Shown here: in pieces, positions 61,917 through 64,000 of the stretch
How the letters are laid out: the number at the start of each line of letters is the position of its first letter
Numbering within the stretch: position 1 is the first letter of the stretch
DNA from: a virus
Taxonomy: Duplodnaviria > Caudoviricetes
DNA: 64,000 nt
Virus record (IMG/VR): IMGVR_UViG_3300037067_013660
Coordinates: 32,001-96,000 of that record
Strand: one strand, 5' to 3'
The notes under the pieces: generated by a model
The model's database searches: none
Told to the model about the DNA's origin: nothing
The model's input: the letters and a program-made list of their open reading frames with translations, nothing else
Program-made: the position numbers and the translations under genes

Positions 61917-64000
61917 TGCGTGTATCCACAGGTACGGCAGCACGGACACTTGCCCGGTATGATGACGAGCGTACAGTTACCGCACCCCGGACAATAATCG
62001 TACGGTAGCTTGATGCCGTCTTGCTCTGCCTTTTTGATTTCGGTTTCGATTTCGGTACGGTATTCGTCTACGTCGTGACCGTTGCCAGGATCGCCCTCCA
62101 GCACGTAGCGACTGATTTGATCCAGTTTCGTAACGTCGCCGCCGCAGGTCCGCAACTCGTCGAGCAACTCTTTCATCGGCTGAATACCAAACGGTAGGTT
62201 CGCGACGGGGAAATCGGCTTCAAGGTACCGGTTCAGTATCTTCGCGATGGCGTCAGGCATCGACCGTTTGGCCTCGGGTCCAAACCCTACTTGACCACGG
62301 CCCAAGATGTCGATCAATTGATCGCGGATCAATTCGAGCCGCATCTGCTGATTGATCTTCTGGTCGTTGGGGAACCGTAGGATCATGCTCATGAGGCGAC
62401 CGATTGCTTCGCCGTCGGCCGACGCATCACCCTTACCCGTGATGACGAAGACGTCGATGGGGTCACCAGTTTGTGGATCGTGTCGGATCGTTAGGTGGAT
62501 GGTACCGATGGGCGACTCTTCCGAGAACGTTACGCTCATGCCTGCGTTGGGACGTGGGCGTACGACGGCGGTTTCGGATGACGCTTCAACCACTTGCACG
62601 GGTACGGGCTTGTCGGTGTAGAGGACCTGTACGTCGCGGCTGCTGTCGCGGTAAACGGTTCCGCCCTTACACCCTAGTTCCCACATCAACATGTAGGTAT
62701 AGGCTACGTCCTTGACGGTCGCGTTGGCGGGCAAATTCGCAGTTTTTGATATCGCCGAATCAACCCACCGTTGCATCGCGGCTTGGGTTTTGACGTGGTG
62801 CTCGGGCGTGATGCCCCGCTGTGCCGTCACGACGTACAGAGGCCATTTTTGTGGTTCCGTACCGAACTGTTGGAAGATTTGATCGACGACCCCAGCTTTT
62901 TCTTTCACGATGCCGATGCGTGTCGTGCTGGTATACTGGAGGTCGAAGAACGGTTCGCATCCCGTCGACGTATTCATGATGGCGGCTGTACTTCCAGTCG
63001 GCGCAATGGTGGTGACGGTGACGTTACGGATGCCATGCTTGCGAACCAACGCCCGTACGTCTTTGGGCATCTGCTTCATGAAGCCGCTGTTGAGGAAATG
63101 GTCCACTTGAAACCGTGGGAACGCACCGCGTTCTTTTGCCAACTGGACCGACGCCTTGTACGCCGTCGTCGTGAAGACCCGCATCAACTCGTCGGTAAAC
63201 GCGAGGGCGTCGGCAGATCCGTAGCACAGACCTAACCGCATCAAGGCGTCGCCGTAACCGAGGATCCCGAGTCCTATGCGCCGTTCCGACAACTGTTGCT
63301 TCTTTACGGCGTCGTCGTGGTAGACGTTCAGGTCGTTGACGTTGTCGAGGAACCGGACGCCCATCTGTACGTCAGACTTTAGGGTTTCCCAATCAAACGC
63401 TTGCTTGGCTTGCTCGGTTGTCTGGACGGTGTGGGGCAATGTCGTGGTCGTGACGTAACGCCCGAGGTTCAGGTGTGCTAAATTGCACACTGCGTTGTCC
63501 GGAAGTACCTGTTCGCTGCAGTTCGACAATATGATGCCGTTGCCGATGAACGTACTGGTCGTGGTATTGACGACATCGTACACGTCGGCGTCTCCGGCAA
63601 ATTCGCACGATACCATTTTCGCGGTACCGCCGGCTACCTGTACGATAGATTCTTTCGTCAGGTCTTTAATCGCTACCTTCCCTGTATTCGTCAGTACTCT
63701 GTGGTCGGGTGTGGCTTGTAGCGTGTACGTCTGTCCTTCGGGTTGGTCTGCGCGCAGTACCAACGTTACGGTTGGTTTATGTCCAGTGAAGACGACTCGT
63801 TCTGCTTTATCGGATCGGTGTTGTGGCGAAATTGTGGTCAGTAATTTGTCTGCTCCGTGCTGTCGCGCGTCTACGGCGACCAGACAGTTTTGTTCCCCTG
63901 CCATATCTTTTACGCGGCGGTGGTACAGATTTCCGTCGGGCCGCGCGCACGTCACCATGGTATCGCCCGTAACGCAGGGATTAGTTCCGATCAACGGTGC
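61910..64000 (-). CDS. nrdJ: Class II (B12-dependent) ribonucleotide reductase, 3' part, with a mini-intein
   Basis: TNP|CSEQ, CNL, RRIGLG, TIAPTG, SAISKT.N, KG.TVYRD.SR, C-terminal TSCPD-like domain and zinc ribbon; 5' end outside the window. Confidence 0.92.
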   Translation of the reverse strand, partial: APLIGTNPCVTGDTMVTCARPDGNLYHRRVKDMAGEQNCLVAVDARQHGADKLLTTISPQHRSDKAERVVFTGHKPTVTLVLRADQPEGQTYTLQATPDHRVLTNTGKVAIKDLTKESIVQVAGGTAKMVSCEFAGDADVYDVVNTTTSTFIGNGIILSNCSEQVLPDNAVCNLAHLNLGRYVTTTTLPHTVQTTEQAKQAFDWETLKSDVQMGVRFLDNVNDLNVYHDDAVKKQQLSERRIGLGILGYGDALMRLGLCYGSADALAFTDELMRVFTTTAYKASVQLAKERGAFPRFQVDHFLNSGFMKQMPKDVRALVRKHGIRNVTVTTIAPTGSTAAIMNTSTGCEPFFDLQYTSTTRIGIVKEKAGVVDQIFQQFGTEPQKWPLYVVTAQRGITPEHHVKTQAAMQRWVDSAISKTANLPANATVKDVAYTYMLMWELGCKGGTVYRDSSRDVQVLYTDKPVPVQVVEASSETAVVRPRPNAGMSVTFSEESPIGTIHLTIRHDPQTGDPIDVFVITGKGDASADGEAIGRLMSMILRFPNDQKINQQMRLELIRDQLIDILGRGQVGFGPEAKRSMPDAIAKILNRYLEADFPVANLPFGIQPMKELLDELRTCGGDVTKLDQISRYVLEGDPGNGHDVDEYRTEIETEIKKAEQDGIKLPYDYCPGCGNCTLVIIPGKCPCCRTCGYTQC
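63521..63976 (-). mobile_element. Mini-intein (152 aa, no endonuclease) at the RNR active-site Cys
   Basis: Starts CVTGDTMV; ATPDHRV block B; ends VYDV...F.GNGIILSN before Cys. Confidence 0.9.

Noticed and set aside
1-64000. Alternative genetic code, tRNA or rRNA genes
   Set aside because: Long ORFs tile the window under code 11 using all three stop codons; no cloverleaf or rRNA-like sequence was seen in the few intergenic gaps (by eye only).

Overview
This window is a segment of a large tailed phage genome (contractile-tail myovirus type, GC roughly 55-60% by eye). Almost all genes are on the minus strand. The left half (1-33.7 kb) is a baseplate/tail module: a hub fused to an M23 peptidase, a spike, gp25-like, J-like and I-like wedge proteins, several fibre/collar proteins, an LRR+PKD protein and an NHL propeller. 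It is interrupted by a plus-strand accessory gene with its own promoter, encoding a Cys-rich/RCC1 lipoprotein that suggests a myxobacterial or deltaproteobacterial host. The right half (34-64 kb) holds replication genes: UvrD with an intein, a beta-clamp-like protein, a 5'-3' exonuclease, DnaB, a DnaC-like protein, an SF2 helicase and NrdJ with a mini-intein. It also holds a TnpB-only IS200/IS605 element and a dense 15-kb DNA-modification cluster of seven methyltransferases plus a Mom/XF1762-like GNAT protein. Four observations stand out. (1) All eight modification enzymes, although from unrelated families, end in the same short tag, x-[S/T/G]-[L/I]-W-x (mostly KSLW), a candidate docking motif for the phage's own clamp. 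(2) Three of them are frameshifted exactly at simple-sequence repeats (G7, C9, (AC)6), and two more carry in-frame G7/G8 tracts, suggesting phase-variable modification; assembly error is not excluded. (3) An HNH endonuclease gene is nested out of frame inside one MTase that stays open across it. (4) A split C5 MTase has two subunit genes that are dual-coded over about 380 nt. All calls come from reading motifs by eye; no database searches were run.
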